Below are positions 35,791-50,213 of a stretch of DNA of 64,000 nucleotides, piece after piece (position 1 is the first letter of the stretch; each line of letters starts with the position of its first letter). This DNA is from Marsupella aquatica (taxonomy: Eukaryota; Plantae; Marchantiophyta). The translations under genes were made by a program, and so were the position numbers. The stretch lies in the NCBI GenBank assembly GCA_973895155.1, contig OZ316892.1:26807233-26871232 (forward strand). Reading direction: 5' to 3'. Below the pieces are notes generated by a model. The model was not told the DNA's origin. It saw only the letters and a list, made by a program, of their open reading frames with translations, and ran no database searches.

Positions 35791-38700
35791 ATGGGGTCTT
35801 CTGCCCACGTGAACGGGGAGGCGAGCAAGGATGGAGTTGCGGAGAAGGTGAAAGCGACGATACCTCCTATCGCGCATCCGACCCCCGAAGATGCGTTCGG
35901 AGTGGCGGCCAACATTCAGTATCACTCCCAGTTCACACCGCATTTCTCTCCGTTCAAGTTCGAGCCCGAGAAAGCGTTCTTCGCAACTGCTGAGAGTGTT
36001 CGCGACTCCCTCGTCCAAGTCAGTTCACTTTGCTACGACTTCCCCGCTCCTGCCTAGCTCCTCGCCATTCTCTATCGCATTCTACCTCTCATTAAGTTTC
36101 GCCATGCGCTCCGTTTTCACGGTGTCACATGCGCACGCCATTGGTGATTCGCTTGCTACGATTTTATTTCCGTCTCAGGATTGGTGCGTAATGAACGTCA
36201 TTGAGCTCTCGATTGAGCTCAGCTGAGAAGGTCGCGTTCGCGTTCTTAGTATGAACTCTTGTAGATGAGCTAATACCGCGGCATACGGTCCGAGACTTTG
36301 AAGGAAAGTTCTATTCTAGAAGTAGGGTCCGCAGTGTCGTCAGCGGATATTTCCTTAGGCTCGCCGATTTGCAAACCACTTTTGCCCGACGAGGGAAAGT
36401 TCTCTGGTAGTGGGTTTCCTCCATTTTGATTCATAGATGAATGAAGTGACCAATTTATCCGGTCATTCAACCGTCGAGAAATGTGGAATGAAGAAACGAT
36501 AAATCACCACATTTGCGATGCATGTCGCCGAGTCAGGAGGGAGCCTGCAACGAATTGAGGAATACTCATAGTGGTGTTAGTGGATCCTACCGCCCGGGAA
36601 AATGGCCGAGCTCATGGCAGTGACCACTGCCATTGCAGTCTGTTTGGTACGAGCATTGGTCTAGTTGAATAGGAGTTTCATGGCTTGAATTGTATTTCAT
36701 CTCTTGGGCGGGTATCGGGAACACGATGAATTTCCATCGCAAGACATAGAAATTTCCGGTAAGAACGGAAACGAATTTGTTTCTTTGTAAATCTTTCGAT
36801 CACCTCTTGTTATGACTTTCCGAATGAGTTGAGCAAGAATCGCGTGGCCTGGATGGAATTTCATCTTCTCCATTACCGTATGGGGATCACGATGAATTTC
36901 CAACGCTGACATAGGAATTTCCGGGGAAGGAGACAAACGAATTCCGTTTCTTTTCCAAAGCTGTCGATCACCTTTTGTAGTGACTCTCTGAAGGTGTCGA
37001 GCGTTGCCTCTACAGCATCATAGACAGTCAGTCAGTTGATCAGTCCTAAATGCTTTCATTACCGGCCAACCTGGAATGGAAAGCACGACATTTGGTGTGG
37101 ATGAGAACACTAGTGAGTTCCTGTCGAGCGTCATTGAAAGGCCAGTGTCGTGTTCTTCAGCTCTCTTGAGATTGCACGAGACAATTCCGTACTCGCAGGG
37201 GATCCTCATCACTTAGCAATTGGTTTCCTGGTGGGCCCTGAGCACACACCTCGAGAGCCTACCGGAGTACGCCGTAGCACGACTTTCATTCGAATTATAG
37301 TTATAGATCACCGTTACAGTTGAGAAACCCATGCAATTCGGGGGATGGAATCGCCCGCGAACTGTGGAAATATGTAACGCACTGTGTCCGTGCGGCATAG
37401 AAGCGTCATCTTGATTAGATGTTGGAGTTACGGGAGGGGAAATTCTGGACGAGGACGGACTAGTCCTTTCGAGTGGATTTGTGAAGGAAGGCTTTGGTGG
37501 CCATTGATGGACCCATTCCAGAGTTTACTTCTAATTCTGATTGATATATATGAGTCGGTTGATGTGTAGAGTAGCAGCAGCCTCGCAGTTATCTGACGAG
37601 TGATGCTCGCTTGTCCATTTTTTATCGCAGAGATGGAACGAGACCTACGAACACTTCCACAAGACGGATCCAAAGCAGACCTACTACATTTCCATGGAGT
37701 ACTTGCAAGGCCGGGCTCTTACCAACGCTATTGGCAATCTCAAGCTTACCGATGCATATGCTGGAGCTCTGAACAAGCTGGGCCACGATCTCGAGAACAT
37801 TGTCGAGCAGGTGAGTCCTTTGCCTTGGTTCCTTTGGAAGGCTGAGACCAGCTCTGTGTTCGTAGCAAGCATTGAGCAATATGAAGAGAACGCATATGTG
37901 GATGAGATGCGATTACAAATTTCAGTGACTACGGCTCATGGATGCATCACTCAATTGTCAGGCAGTACTAAGAGTTGGTTGGCGACAAGGATTGGAGGAA
38001 AATAATTACTAGACTGCTCAAGAACGTAGTGGATTTTTGATACAAATGAATCGTCGAATTTCTAAGTTTGGCTGGTATGATACCTCATAGCTATTTGTAA
38101 ATCCTGAAGTAGCTGACTCGTAGTATCAGAACCAAAATCTGGGAGACTCAGAAAAGTCTGAATGTCAATATTATCTGATGACATTTCTGCCGCTTGCGCG
38201 ATACAGGAAAGGGATGCGGCATTGGGGAATGGTGGCCTGGGAAGGTTGGCGTCATGCTTCCTCGACTCCATGGCGACTCTTAGCTTGCCGTCATGGGGAT
38301 ATGGATTGCGCTACAAGTACGGTCTCTTTAGCCAGAAAATTACTGCAAAGGGACAGGAAGAATATGCCGAAGACTGGCTTGAGGTGAATTTCTTGCAATT
38401 TGTGGGCCTTGATCATCTCTACAACTCATGCCTGTTCGCCCTCCGTTAATCTGTGTCGTAATAGCTGGACTTATGCACGGAAGACGCCATTGTTTCAGTC
38501 AGTCGGTGACCAATGCATTGTAATATTTAGTGTTCGGTGTGAACGTGCTTTTCGTTATTTCATTCGTGATCTCCCTCTCGCCGGTTTGCACGAATCACAA
38601 AGTGGGTGTTGTGGCGGTGACTGCAGAAATTTAGCCCCTGGGAGATTGTGAGGCACGACGTCGTTCACCCAGTGCGTTTCTTCGGGGAGGTCCAACCTCA

Positions 38701-41700
38701 ATCAGATGGCTCGTATGGAAGACTTTACCCTGGCCACTGAAAGCGTAGTCAGCATTGCATTTTCAAAAGTTCAGTTTTCCTTTTCCTATACATATCAGCA
38801 GCGAGAATCAAGCCTCACTTCTACTCTCAGCGCGCGGAAGGCCGTGTGTTGTCCGTCCTTACTGAGAGATAGTAGTATGGAAGTGTGATTATTGGAGTTC
38901 CTTGTGATTCAGGCGTAAGTGGATCGGAGGTGATGAGGTCGAAGCTTTGGCTTACGACATTCCCATACCAGGGTATAACACGAAGAACACCATCAGTCTG
39001 CGAATTTGGGAAGCTAGGGTCTCTCCTCGACTTTTTGATCTGTATGCTTTCAATGATGGAGACTACGTCAAAGCTGGAGATCTTCATGCCAAGGCTAGTC
39101 AGGTATTTGTCAAAGCTGTCTTTTGTGTTCAGCTTAATCGGATGAATCCGTTCAGACAGCTTATCGTAATTCTATCCGAATCAAAGTTTCGATCTGGATA
39201 ATGAGGATCTAGCTGGTATTTGCATGAGGTGATTTATGGGCAATGTAGTGTTCGGATTCATTGCCTATATTGAGAACAAGCAATGAACTGGGCAGGTCGA
39301 GTTTTGCAACTTTTGCAACTTTTAACTTGGCAGTTTTTGCCAGATCTGTGCGGTGCTATATCCTGGTGATGCAACCGAGGAGGGCAAGCTTCTCCGTCTG
39401 AAGCAGCAATATTTCTTATGTAGCGCTTCTCTTCAAGTACAAGATCTGCTGCCTTTGTGTTACGATTCAGTTTTCCGGAAGACTTCGAACCCTTGGATGC
39501 TTCCAGGGTTTCTTCGCAGAATTGTTTTTCGGTGAAGCTTTGGTTGAGATCTTTCCATTACAACAGGCCTTCTTCATGGTTATTTCTTGTTACATAAATG
39601 AGTAATTAGGCTGTGGAAACCTCCCATTTTAAATCTTTGTCGTATTTGTTCCAGGACATCATTGCGAGGTTCAAGGAGAGGCGGTCCGGACCATTCAATT
39701 GGAACGATTTTCCGTCTAAGGTGGCAATCCAGATGAATGATACACATCCAACTCTAGCTATCCCGGAGCTGATGAGAATCCTCATGGACAACGAAGGGTT
39801 GGGATGGGACGAAGCGTGGGCAGTGACAAACAAGTATTGGCCTTTCTATTTCTCTCTAACATTCGGTCATCTTGTCAGTCAGGAGTCTGAATATGTAATA
39901 GGATCGCTTTTGCAAAGTTTTAATGAGAATTGGTCGGGAAATGCAGGACCGTAGCCTACACAAATCACACTGTTTTGCCTGAGGCTTTGGAGAAGTGGTC
40001 CCAGGCAGTTATGGCGAAGTTGCTTCCTCGACATTTTGAGATCATTGAAGAAATTGACAAACAGGTTCGCCCCTCACTGTCAGCAAGCAACCTAGTCGGT
40101 GATACTTTGTATCTTCAAAAGAAGATGATGTACCCGAGGGATGTTTTAGAGGCTGATATGAAATCACAGCAGTAGCTTCTATCTGTAACGACCTATGTCT
40201 CCGTTTGTGAGTTTGGTCTTGCTCAATTGACAATTGTGGCTATGTCAATAGTATGGTTCTGACTAATCTGTCATGCAGTTTTTGGCTATGGTTCGCTCCA
40301 CTCGTCCTGACTTGGAGTCAAAACTGGAAGAATTGCGCGTGTTGGACAACAACCCCAAAAAACCTGTTGTCCGAATGGCACATCTTTGCGTAGTGTCAGC
40401 TCATTCTGTAAGTCACATGGAAGTTTTTCTCATCCCATCTTCTTACCCCTTTCATAGCTAGCAGCTTTTCTGGTTTGATTCATTTGGGTGTCAGCTTGGT
40501 TGCAGTGGCTATGAAAGTCCTCCTCCGAGGAAAGGAAAGATGAAAACAAAGTCACAACTGAATCCGTGTTGTGATTCAAATTGGGCCTCTGCAGGTCAAG
40601 AATGTAACATGATTTCTGTCATTCGTTCCTCTTTTCAGGTCAATGGGGTTGCTGAACTCCACAGTGATATTTTGAAGAAAGAGCTGTTCGCGGACTTCTA
40701 CTCTTTGTGGCCCAACAAATTTCAAAACAAAACCAATGGGGTAACCCCACGAAGGTGGCTTCGGTTCTGCAGTCCTGAACTGAGTGCAATTATAACAAAG
40801 TGGCTCCGCACGGACGATTGGATCACCAATCTAGACCTGCTGACAGGCCTTCGCAAGGTACAATTCTATATGCGTTGATTTGTCCAATCTAAAGCGGAGT
40901 TAGGCCCATCGCTAGATGCTTGCCCTATCACTACGGGTGTCCTCCTTTCTCGAGATCTCCTTCAAACAAAATACATGTTACACCTAAATTTCTCCATTCT
41001 TTACATAGTGTCTCCAGTGTTCACTGAGGTCCTTCTGGCTTAGTAGAAAAATCATATTGAGAGAAACATTCGAGTCTTCAACATTCAGATATGGCTGAGA
41101 AGCGGATACCAGCGGACAAGTCAAAATTTTAAGGCTCATCTTTGAACATTTTTACCCGTTTCTCAACAGTCTATACACTTTCTTTAATGCCGGCCTGGTT
41201 GGAGCTGATGACCTGCCTTCAATTGTGCAGTACGCAGATGACAAACAGCTGCATCAAGAGTGGGCAGCAGCCAAGTTGCAAAACAAGATTCGGTTTGCAG
41301 AGTACCTGTACGAGAAGACAGGTGTCAGAGTGAATCCCAATACCCTGTTCGATGTTCAGATCAAAAGAATTCACGAGTACAAGAGACAACTCCTCAACAT
41401 CCTCGGAACGATATATCGATACAAGAAGCTGAAGGTGATCTCCCGAAGCCCGCTTATCATTACTGTTCATGGGTCTGCTCTATAAAAATTTCTTTTATCG
41501 TCTAGCAGAGGACCAATCTGTATTGACTGAGTGATGAATGTGATGAACACTCATATAATGTTAATGGCTTTGCTTGCCCGCCGGGTATTGTCGACAATGG
41601 CAACTGTGGAAATTGATGTTATTCTTCTCTGGGGCTTGCAGGAGGCTAGCCCGGAAGAACGGAAAAAGGCAGTGCCCCGGACAGTCATGTTGGGCGGTAA

Positions 41701-43394
41701 GGCATTTGCGACATATACACAAGCCAAGAGAATTGTGAAGCTGGTGACTGATGTTGGGAAAGTGGTGAATAACGATCCAGAAATTGGAGATCTTCTGAAG
41801 GTAAGAGGATCGTTCACTTCAAATGCTCTCCTAAGATTGATGCTGAGACGATGAGATACACAAGCATCAAGACTTTCTCCTAGAAATGGAAACTATTGGA
41901 GACGCAATCTTTCATTTAATAACTTTCGTAAAATCTAGTTGCTTTGACAACGGCTTTTCTATTCCAAAATGGCAAACGAATTCCTTAATTCTGATGATGA
42001 TAGGACAACGCCTCGGGTAATCTTTGGAATTCATGCTGATAGTCTGGTACATCTGCGTTCTGAGCAGGTCGTCTTCATTCCTAATTACAACGTCACTGTG
42101 GCGGAGCTGGCAATTCCTGCAAGCCAGCTGTCACAACACATCAGTACAGCTGGTATGGAAGCCAGTGGCACCAGTAACATGAAATTCGCTCTTAACGGAT
42201 GCTTGATCATTGGTACACTCGATGGTGCGAACGTCGAGATCCGAGAGGAGATTGGTGAGGAGAACTTTTTCCTCTTTGGTGTTCGTGCGGATGATGTCGC
42301 TCGTCTCAGGAAAGAACGTGAGGCTGGCCAGGTAAGCAAGTTGTTCAGCCGCTGTGTGGTTGAAATTTGCATTGTTACTGTATCGAATAACGCTCCTATA
42401 AAGAAGAATGATAGACTAGTGTGTCGATGCTGGACGTCTGTCGATGCTGGACCAGAAGGAAAGAGATTGTCAGTTAAGGGATGAATTTGCCGATTCTTTT
42501 CTATCCCCATGGTTGAATATATCCGCGAAGAATAGTCTAGCCGGTATTATGACCGACAATGTTGGGTTGTAAGGGCAAAGGATTGAGAGGAGAGAAGAAC
42601 GCCGTTACTATTTGCTGAATAACTTGCAGCTTCATGGATGTATATGGGGTAATGTTGAAGATTACAAGGGAATGGGATTGTCAGAAGAGACGATGCATAG
42701 ACTTTGCTATTTGGTGATCATCTGGCAGACGCAGAATGGATTTATGAGTCAGCTGAAGAAGATGTCTCGTGTCTGGAATACTGGCTTTGCTGGAACGAGA
42801 TTGCCTGGATAGAGTATGGAAAGTTTTCGTATGTACTGATTCGCTTACAGCTCATGGATATGTGAGTGCATGTGAGAATTGAAGACGTAATGTCATTTGT
42901 GTGAGCAGTTTACCCCAGACCCACGCTTTGAAGAGGCAAAGAAGTATATCCGCAGTGGAGTATTCGGCGAGTACGACTATGAACCGCTGTTGGATTCTCT
43001 CGAGGGCAACAGTGGATATGGGCGAGGAGACTACTTCCTTGTTGGTGTCGATTTTGCTGGTTACATTGATGCCCAAGCAGAGGTCGACAAAGCTTACCAG
43101 TAAGTCCCCGCACCTTCTGCCGGGTCTATACTTTGGATGTAGTCACAAGTTTTTAGAGCCCAGTGTGTTAATTGCGTGTTGAGGTGGCAAAGCTTGTGAG
43201 GTTTTGGTTCCACTGCTCTCAAAGTAAGCTCTAACGGAAGCGAGGTTTCGGGTTATTCAATGTGCAGGGATCAAGATGGGTGGATCAAGAAGTCCATTCT
43301 AAGTACGGCAGGCTCAGGGAAGTTCAGTAGTGATAGGACCATAGCACAGTACGCCAAGGAGATCTGGAACATTCAGGAGTGCAGAGTCCCCTGA
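35791..43394 (+). CDS. PHS2: Alpha-1,4-glucan phosphorylase, cytosolic H isozyme (15 exons, 847 aa)
   Basis: Exons 35791-36018, 37631-37810, 38207-38383, 38627-38712, 38913-39102, 39344-39436, 39655-39833, 39947-40064, 40279-40407, 40639-40857, 41231-41434, 41642-41800, 42068-42331, 42909-43099, 43268-43394; all GT-AG, 2544 nt, open. GT35 motifs [53 protein letters not shown]-lysine motif [25 protein letters not shown]. No transit peptide and no central L-type insert. Confidence 0.97.
36722..36992. repeat. ~100 bp direct duplication (period ~166) in PHS2 intron 1
   Basis: cacgatgaatttcca.cgc..gacata..aatttccgg...aaacgaatt..gtttcttt...tcgatcacct.ttgt at ~36722 and ~36888. Confidence 0.75.
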
Positions 43395-43545
43395 AGAGAT
43401 AACTTAGTTGACAAGCTCTCTGGTGCAGAATTCCGAAGGAGCGATGTACTGTACTTGCTTGGGTAGGTGTATACTACGGCAGTTTTGCAGAATGCAAGCT
43501 TTCCACTCAAATCAGATTGGACCCTTAATTGTCACTGATGAGTAT

Positions 43546-43551
43546 AATAAA
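43546..43551 (+). promoter_or_regulatory. Candidate polyadenylation signal AATAAA for PHS2
   Basis: AATAAA 152 nt downstream of the stop codon; positional inference only. Confidence 0.45.
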
Positions 43552-43954
43552 GAGCTTGTGTTTCATCCTTTGATGTGAAGGGGTGTTTAGTTAGCTCCAA
43601 ATCGGGCAAGCATTCCAGAATTTTCACCATCTGAACGGAGTGATGAGATTCTTGCTTTCTTCTCGCTCCCTTTTTTCATCTTCCGACAGAGCTCAAAGGT
43701 CATGGCACTGATACTGCTTACTCTGATATATGCATCGGCAATTGAGTGAAGCTTGTGACCGCAACTTAGAGCCCCCCCTTCCACTCTTCTGGACCCTCCT
43801 ATTTTACAACAGTGAAGCTTGTGAATGCACTTAGAGCCCTCGTCCATATGGATCGACCTGGAAAGTTGTGAGGACAAATCGCCAAGCTTTTCAGTTTGTT
43901 GCTGGCTAGGGCCTAAGCTTTTTGGCCATGCAGTCTCTTGAGCTTCTTTCCCTT

Positions 43955-44220
43955 GTTCTTTCAGTTGTGTTTCCCCCTTTATTGGGTTTTTTCCTTTGTG
44001 ATCTTTCCTTCATTTATTGGGTTTTTGGCCTTTGGGATCTTGTATCCAGGTAATCTTGTTGGCTCTTGGATTTTCCTTGTTTCTTTCAGTTGTTGTCCCC
44101 CTTCTATTGGGGTTTTGGCCTTTGGGATCCAGGGAACCTCCATTCTGTCTCTTGGGTTTGTTGGCTCTTGGATTTTCCTTGTTCTTGGGTCTTTTGTCTT
44201 TGGGATCTTGTCTCCAGGTA
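43955..44220. repeat. T/G-rich degenerate tandem repeat (~105-125 bp unit, 2-3 copies)
   Basis: tattggg.tttggcctttgggatc and ttgttggctcttggattttccttgtt each occur twice; ctttcagttg twice. Confidence 0.8.
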
Positions 44221-45269
44221 AGGAGCCCTTCTTTTGCAATGAGTTTCTTTCTGCAGTGATTTACATGAGGACATAATTCAATTTAAAATAGAAATGGAAA
44301 GTACACTTAGGTTCAGTTAGTTTGAAAATGATTCTCGAGTGGATAGAGCTAGTGAACCACACAATCTCCTTAGACTGTGGCACCTTGTACACTTTCACTC
44401 ACTCAGTGACACCCTTATGGCTTCCAAAACCTTTTCATCTGTAAAGTTTGACCTTCAGTTACCCTATCTGTATAGTGTTTGCTTCCAAACAGAGTTTAAC
44501 TTTGAACCAGAACTTTCTAGAAACTGTTCAAAGTGTTCTGGCAGTAAATATGCAGCGTTTCACATGTGTTAACTCAATGCCCCCTTGGTCACCTTAGTTC
44601 TGAGTCCTTCATCCTAACTCATGATGTGACTTTGGTTGATCAGGGATTGGATTTGGTCCATAGAAACTTTTGTGTAATTTTAGTCAAATGAAAACTTACA
44701 GTGCCCAATCATTTTTCTCATTATGTTTATTTGATACAAAGATGCAAGCCTCATCTCTAGTTAAAAGTAATGTACAGATAGGTTATATTTCCCTTGAGTT
44801 ACAACTTGAGCTGCTTGGGAATATATTTCCAACTCTTGTTTTCATGAACAATTGAGAGCTATGGATTTATAAAGCTCCATCACTCCATTGAGTACTTCCA
44901 AAAGTTTTCGAGCAATTAACTTTGACATTCAGGATCTCCTTTGATACCCAAATGGAATCCTATTTTGTGGGGTTTGTTGTGAAGGACTTTCCAATGAGAA
45001 CATTACCATCATTAATAATTTTGAAAATTAACAAATTTTGCAAGATGATTTCTTATTATTTTGACACATTTCAATCATTGTGCAATATGTACTGTTGAGC
45101 AGAGAATAGGGTTTTGGTACAGTCTATATGATTGCAACAGTCTATCCAAGCATTTTGGCACATAATTGGGTCTGCCTGGGCTTCAGTTTTAGTTAGTGGT
45201 GATTGTTGTAGTGCATCATGTTGCAAAAGTTTTTCTGAGCACTTTGACAAATGCTTACACTATTGACAG

Positions 45270-45602
45270 TAATTAGTGTGACTAACACTAATTCAAGAGC
45301 GCCGATTTCAGGGTCTAGTTGCAAATTAGTGTTAATCACATTAATTATGTGCTAACACTATTTTTGTGCAATAAATTAGTGTTACTGTGGTCTCAAGAGT
45401 GAAAAATAGAGGGGGAGTATATTTTTGAAAATCCACAAGAATTAGTGCTATTTTGGACTCACGATCATTCATTTCTCACTAGCAATTTAAACAAAAGTGA
45501 AACTTGGACTCAAAATCACTTTTTTACCAAATATAGTGTTAGTAACACTAATTTTGTACTAGGCTAATTCTTGCATAACTCTAATTGCAGTGAACCGTGT
45601 AG
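45270..45602 (-). repeat. Dispersed element with AATTAGTGT..ACACTAATT subrepeats, copy B (inverted relative to 28501-28862)
   Basis: For example atttcagggtcta.ttgcaaattagtgtta is the reverse complement of taacactaatttgcaa.tagaccctgaaa; ctaattcttgcataac is that of gttatgcaagaattag. Confidence 0.8.
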
Positions 45603-48065
45603 GTCCATCTGGGCTTCAATTTAGGTTAGTCATTGGGACAGAATTCAATTTACAATACAATCGAGCCTATCTTTAAACTGTCTAACCAATGAAACTGAAA
45701 ATAGAAATGGAAAGCCGGATGGAAAGTATATGTACAGTAGGCTCTGTCTAACCAATGAATTGAAAGTACTTTGGAGGACCATTTTACAAAAGTGTATATA
45801 AAAAGTGTGTATATTTGACTTGATTTTACAAAAGGCGGAAGCTTTTGCTTGCTGTTCCCCCTAAACTTCTGGCTTAAGACTTTGTCAACCTATACAATTG
45901 AGACAAATTTACTATTTAGGGCCAGAATTTTAAAAGTAACATGCAAGCTGCCTGGAGGTCTACCAGGCTTTTCAGTTTGATGCTCAGTATGGCTTCTTCT
46001 TTTGCCTTCATAGGACCCTCATGCTTTTGGGCTCTTCGGTTTGCCTGGGGGTGTCCCTTGTTGTTGCCCATTTATTGAATTCTTAACTTGCCTCTAAGAT
46101 CCTGTCTCCCCATTTTTGGTGCTCTTGCGGAGTGTTATATACATTTTTGTATTTATACATTTATATATTTATTATGTAGCCTTTACATGGCAATGTGGAT
46201 TGAAGTGGAGTCCCATACTTCAACTACTGGACACAAGAAATGCTTTCGGAAGGCTTACTCAGAAAATTGACTCTAACCCATTTGCAGGTATGAAGGAGCA
46301 TATCAATTTTTTTAAAGAATTTTTAGTATTTGTGTCATCTCCGTAGTTCACCATAGAGGGCTATCTATGCTCAAGACACAGATGAATTTATGATCTTCAA
46401 AAACCACATCTAAAAATACTTCATATTTTAAATAGAAATCACCCATTTGAACAACATTTTTAAGGTATGAGGGTCCTATGAGGGGTGTTAGGTGAGAGAG
46501 CCTGTAGGGTTAGACTACGGCAAACAACCATTGTCAGGCCCTCAATTAAAGCAGGCCCCTTTTAAAGCCGCAGTCATGGTTTGGGCAAAAGTCATACCAG
46601 TTCACCAAGTACTCATCCATACATTTCATTTTGCTGCTTTTGTTCCCATTTGAGGGAGGGGTTAGGATTCCATAGTTAGCAGGTCCAATGTCCTGAAAAC
46701 AAGAAAAATGATGAATACACTATGATACAACCTTCTAAAGTGGACTCTAAAAACCTCACATATTAGAGTTGTACGTAATGTGGCCAAATCGGGGCGAGTT
46801 GACTAGTGTTAGACACGAATCCAGGGTGAGTCCTTTTTGTAGAGTAATTAATAACTCTACAAAATGCCACATCACATCAAATCAATTACACATGACATAG
46901 TTGCACAGTCAAAATACATGGTTCACCCTCTCTGGGCTATGTACAGGACCGTGATCAAGAGAAGATTCATTGTGTAGAGTCACAAATACATTCACCATAG
47001 TCAGGCAACACTCTGTTGCCCCTAAGTATGTACATCCTCTTTCCCTCTGAGTCTTCACCACCACAAGACTGAACTTTCAAGTGCACACACACTATAGTGT
47101 TCTGTCAAAGCATACCCATCTCATATGCACATAGTGCTACGAGTAGAGACAACACTAAAGTGTGCTATCCTAGTTAACTAAACACAAACTTGTGTTACCC
47201 TAGTAAAGGAATATCATATTGGCTAACTAGTGCCAAACTAGTGGACCATGGGAGTTAACTGGGGTTATGTTAGAGGCATAACCCAACATGCTTGAGTGCC
47301 ATCTCTTAGTTGAACAAATAGGTTGGAATTGCCAGAAGGGCTTTGGGGTGTGATTTGTTCTCCAAGTCACCGGCAGTTCTACTAAAGCAAAATTAGACAA
47401 ATTCAAGAATGAGACAACTTTGATTCACAGAACAGCCTCATAACCTCAGCCAGTGAGAGTTTCATGAGTCAATCTATGTCGGTGCAAGAAATTAACATCA
47501 CTCATTTTTTGCACTCACCCTTCATTTCACCCCATCCTTGAACATATATCTCCATTATAGGTTCTAGTTTATCTCCATGCAGAAATTCAAGTTCATATGT
47601 GATCCCTACATAGGTCCACCTGAGTAGGAGGATGCCATGTGCTTACAAAATATACAAAACATTTAGGTCCCACAAAACACTACTTAGAGTATCCACTCAG
47701 GTAGTACAATTTGTGACCGGCTATCAGGGTCTGTGATGAGGCTGTTGGAGTTTAGGGTCATCTTGGCAGATCACACCAGAGCCGGTCCTCCCAGGTTGAT
47801 GAGTAAAAATTGACAAAGCAACTATTTAACATTGACAAGCGGTGTCTGCAGAAACAAGATTGCATAATGGTTGTAGTCCACACAGTTTGGTGATACTGGA
47901 CGGGACTGCTACTGCATGCCCAACTTACTAGTTCTGGTCCTCAAAAGGCGCCTTCCCTCAGACCTGGAACCCAGGTTTGAATTTCCAGTGCCCCCTAGGG
48001 ATAAGAAAAGAGCTTTAGGGAGCACCTCTTGCTAAAGTTGCTCGCGGTAGGGCCTTGAGAATGCC

Positions 48066-48191
48066 CTCCTTCCATCTACCACTTGTCTCACCATTCCATT
48101 TCAAAAGGACTGACTCACTGTAGGTTACTCCTTCCATCTAACACTTGTCTCACCATTCCATTTCAAAAGGACTGACCCATTCTAGGTTACT
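48066..48191. repeat. 62-bp tandem duplication
   Basis: ctccttccatcta.cacttgtctcaccattccatttcaaaaggactgac.ca....taggtta twice. Confidence 0.9.
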
Positions 48192-50213
48192 CGATTAAAA
48201 AGAACCAAAATCTACTTGGGCCAAAGTACCAGTGAAAGCTCAGGATCTTGTCTCACACAATGCCTTGGGAAAGAAAGTTTATTCGAGTGCTCTCTAAAAA
48301 AGCCTCCCTCCCTCTCTTGTGGATTTTCTCCCCTTGCCCCTTACAATCTGTCCAGCCTGCTGTCCAGCCTGTGTAGTTAGGAAGAATGGCTGTATTATTC
48401 TCGGATACCATAGCCTCAAATACAAGTTTGACTTTTCCAAAGTCCCAACTAGGGTCCCATCACAACTACTGTACTTCATCAGTTCAGTCATTAAAAGAGA
48501 CCCACTGAGTAGAGTTTCTTGTGGTGGAGATAATTTGCCAAACTCCACCTCCATCATAAGGCTGTGCCAGTTTTGGCTAAAATTTGCCAGCTTTAGAGGG
48601 TGCTGTTATATAGTTTTTGAGCAAGTCATGGGATCCATTAGCCAGTGTCTGATGGCTCCTGAATTATTCAAAGAAATTTTGATAAGGTATATCCCAAGCA
48701 GGCTAATCCCCAAAAAAAATTTCGAAAAATTCTCTGCTGTATAGGATGGTCATGGGCAGCTTTGTAGAGGCGAAAATTAAGTAAATTCCACCTCTCTGAA
48801 AACTCTTAGCTGCTTTTAGCCAAAAATCAGTAGGTTTTCTTCTTCCTTTGGCCAGTTTTCCACCTAGCACATGCCCCCATAGCTAGAAAATCCAACAGTT
48901 TTCATTAAATCAATGGAGATCTATCTGACAGAAATCAATCTAAGAAAATTAGATAAGGAATATTCCCAATATCTTCTCGTTCACCCTTGCAAAAGAGGGA
49001 AAAATGTTAAAAGATAGGCTGGCCATGGGCACACAGGTTCTTGACAAAATCCCACTAAAAATCTCTATAGCACAATCTGAACTTCAATGACAAAATCTTT
49101 CCATTTTTAGGAAGGGAACCACAGTTGATGGAGAACTTGACCGATCAAAAAACAACAGAATCAAATCAAGCCCCTGGTCACTCCATTGGTCACTCGCTGG
49201 GTTTGAGCAGGTCAGTCCCCTCCTCGAGGGCAGGACACCGCAAAGGACATGCTAAACTACACCACCAAAGTAGCGTAGTCGTGCTTTTAGCAGAGAGACA
49301 CCACGGTCAGACAATGCAACGGACAGCTTAATAGACTGCACCACCAAAGTAGTTTTACAGCAGTCGTGCTTCTAGGGTAGAGACTGATTGAGAGAGCCTG
49401 GGTTGGTTGGATAGACGATGATGACGCTAAAGACGGATGGAATCTCACTTGTTCCTCGCTTACAAGTGTCCTGGTTGATCTCGTAGAATAATAATCTATA
49501 AAGTTTTTGGAAAAATCTGAACACTCCCACCTGCATAAGTTTTAAGGAATTTTTTTTTTGCCAGGGTGGCCAATGTCACTTGTGCAGAGGAGAACATGCT
49601 AGGAATATTGATGATCTACTGTAGTTTTGCTAGATTGACTTTTGACCATCACATCTCCCTATATTTAATGACAACCCTTAGATTCTGGCTGTTGGGGTCT
49701 GTGGCCAGGTGGGAACTGGCTAATGGAAGACACAATCCCAAGCCCTTTTTTCCCAAAAAGTGGAGACTTATTGGAGGGGCTGATCTAGCTAAATTTTGCT
49801 ACTACCAAATATGCTGGCTATCACTATCTGACTACTGCTGCTGGCCCATTCCCACTCTTCGTCTATGTACACTGTTTACTGTAGTTAGTGCTAGTTAGTG
49901 CTACAAATTAACACTAATTGTGTAGCTCACTACAAACTGGATCCTACCAGAAATAGTCGTACTAACACCAAGTCCGTATAAAAAAACATTATTGCAGGTG
50001 ATTCAATTTAGTATTACAAGGAACACTAATCATGGAATTCAGCTCACATTATTAGTGGTTGGACAATTGATACCAAAATGTTGCATCAAAGCCATGAATC
50101 TTGTTGTGAGGTGTGGTCATACACTACTTTGGGTGGAAAATGTGAGTTGAAAAATATTATGAAAACACAGTTTTGACAATATATCAAGGAAAAACATTAA
50201 AAATGGTGAAATC

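Noticed and set aside
5422-43394. P450 plus phosphorylase as a metabolic gene cluster
   Set aside because: They are 27 kb apart, PHS2 and PDS5 are housekeeping genes, and there is no scaffold-forming enzyme in the window.
43938-44276. Hydrophobic 112-aa ORF resembling a membrane protein
   Set aside because: Produced by a T/G-rich tandem repeat; near-cognate start; no family signature.
48294-48744. ORFs of 141 and 87 aa in CpG-poor DNA
   Set aside because: No recognisable domain or splice structure; probably decayed transposon sequence that I cannot classify.
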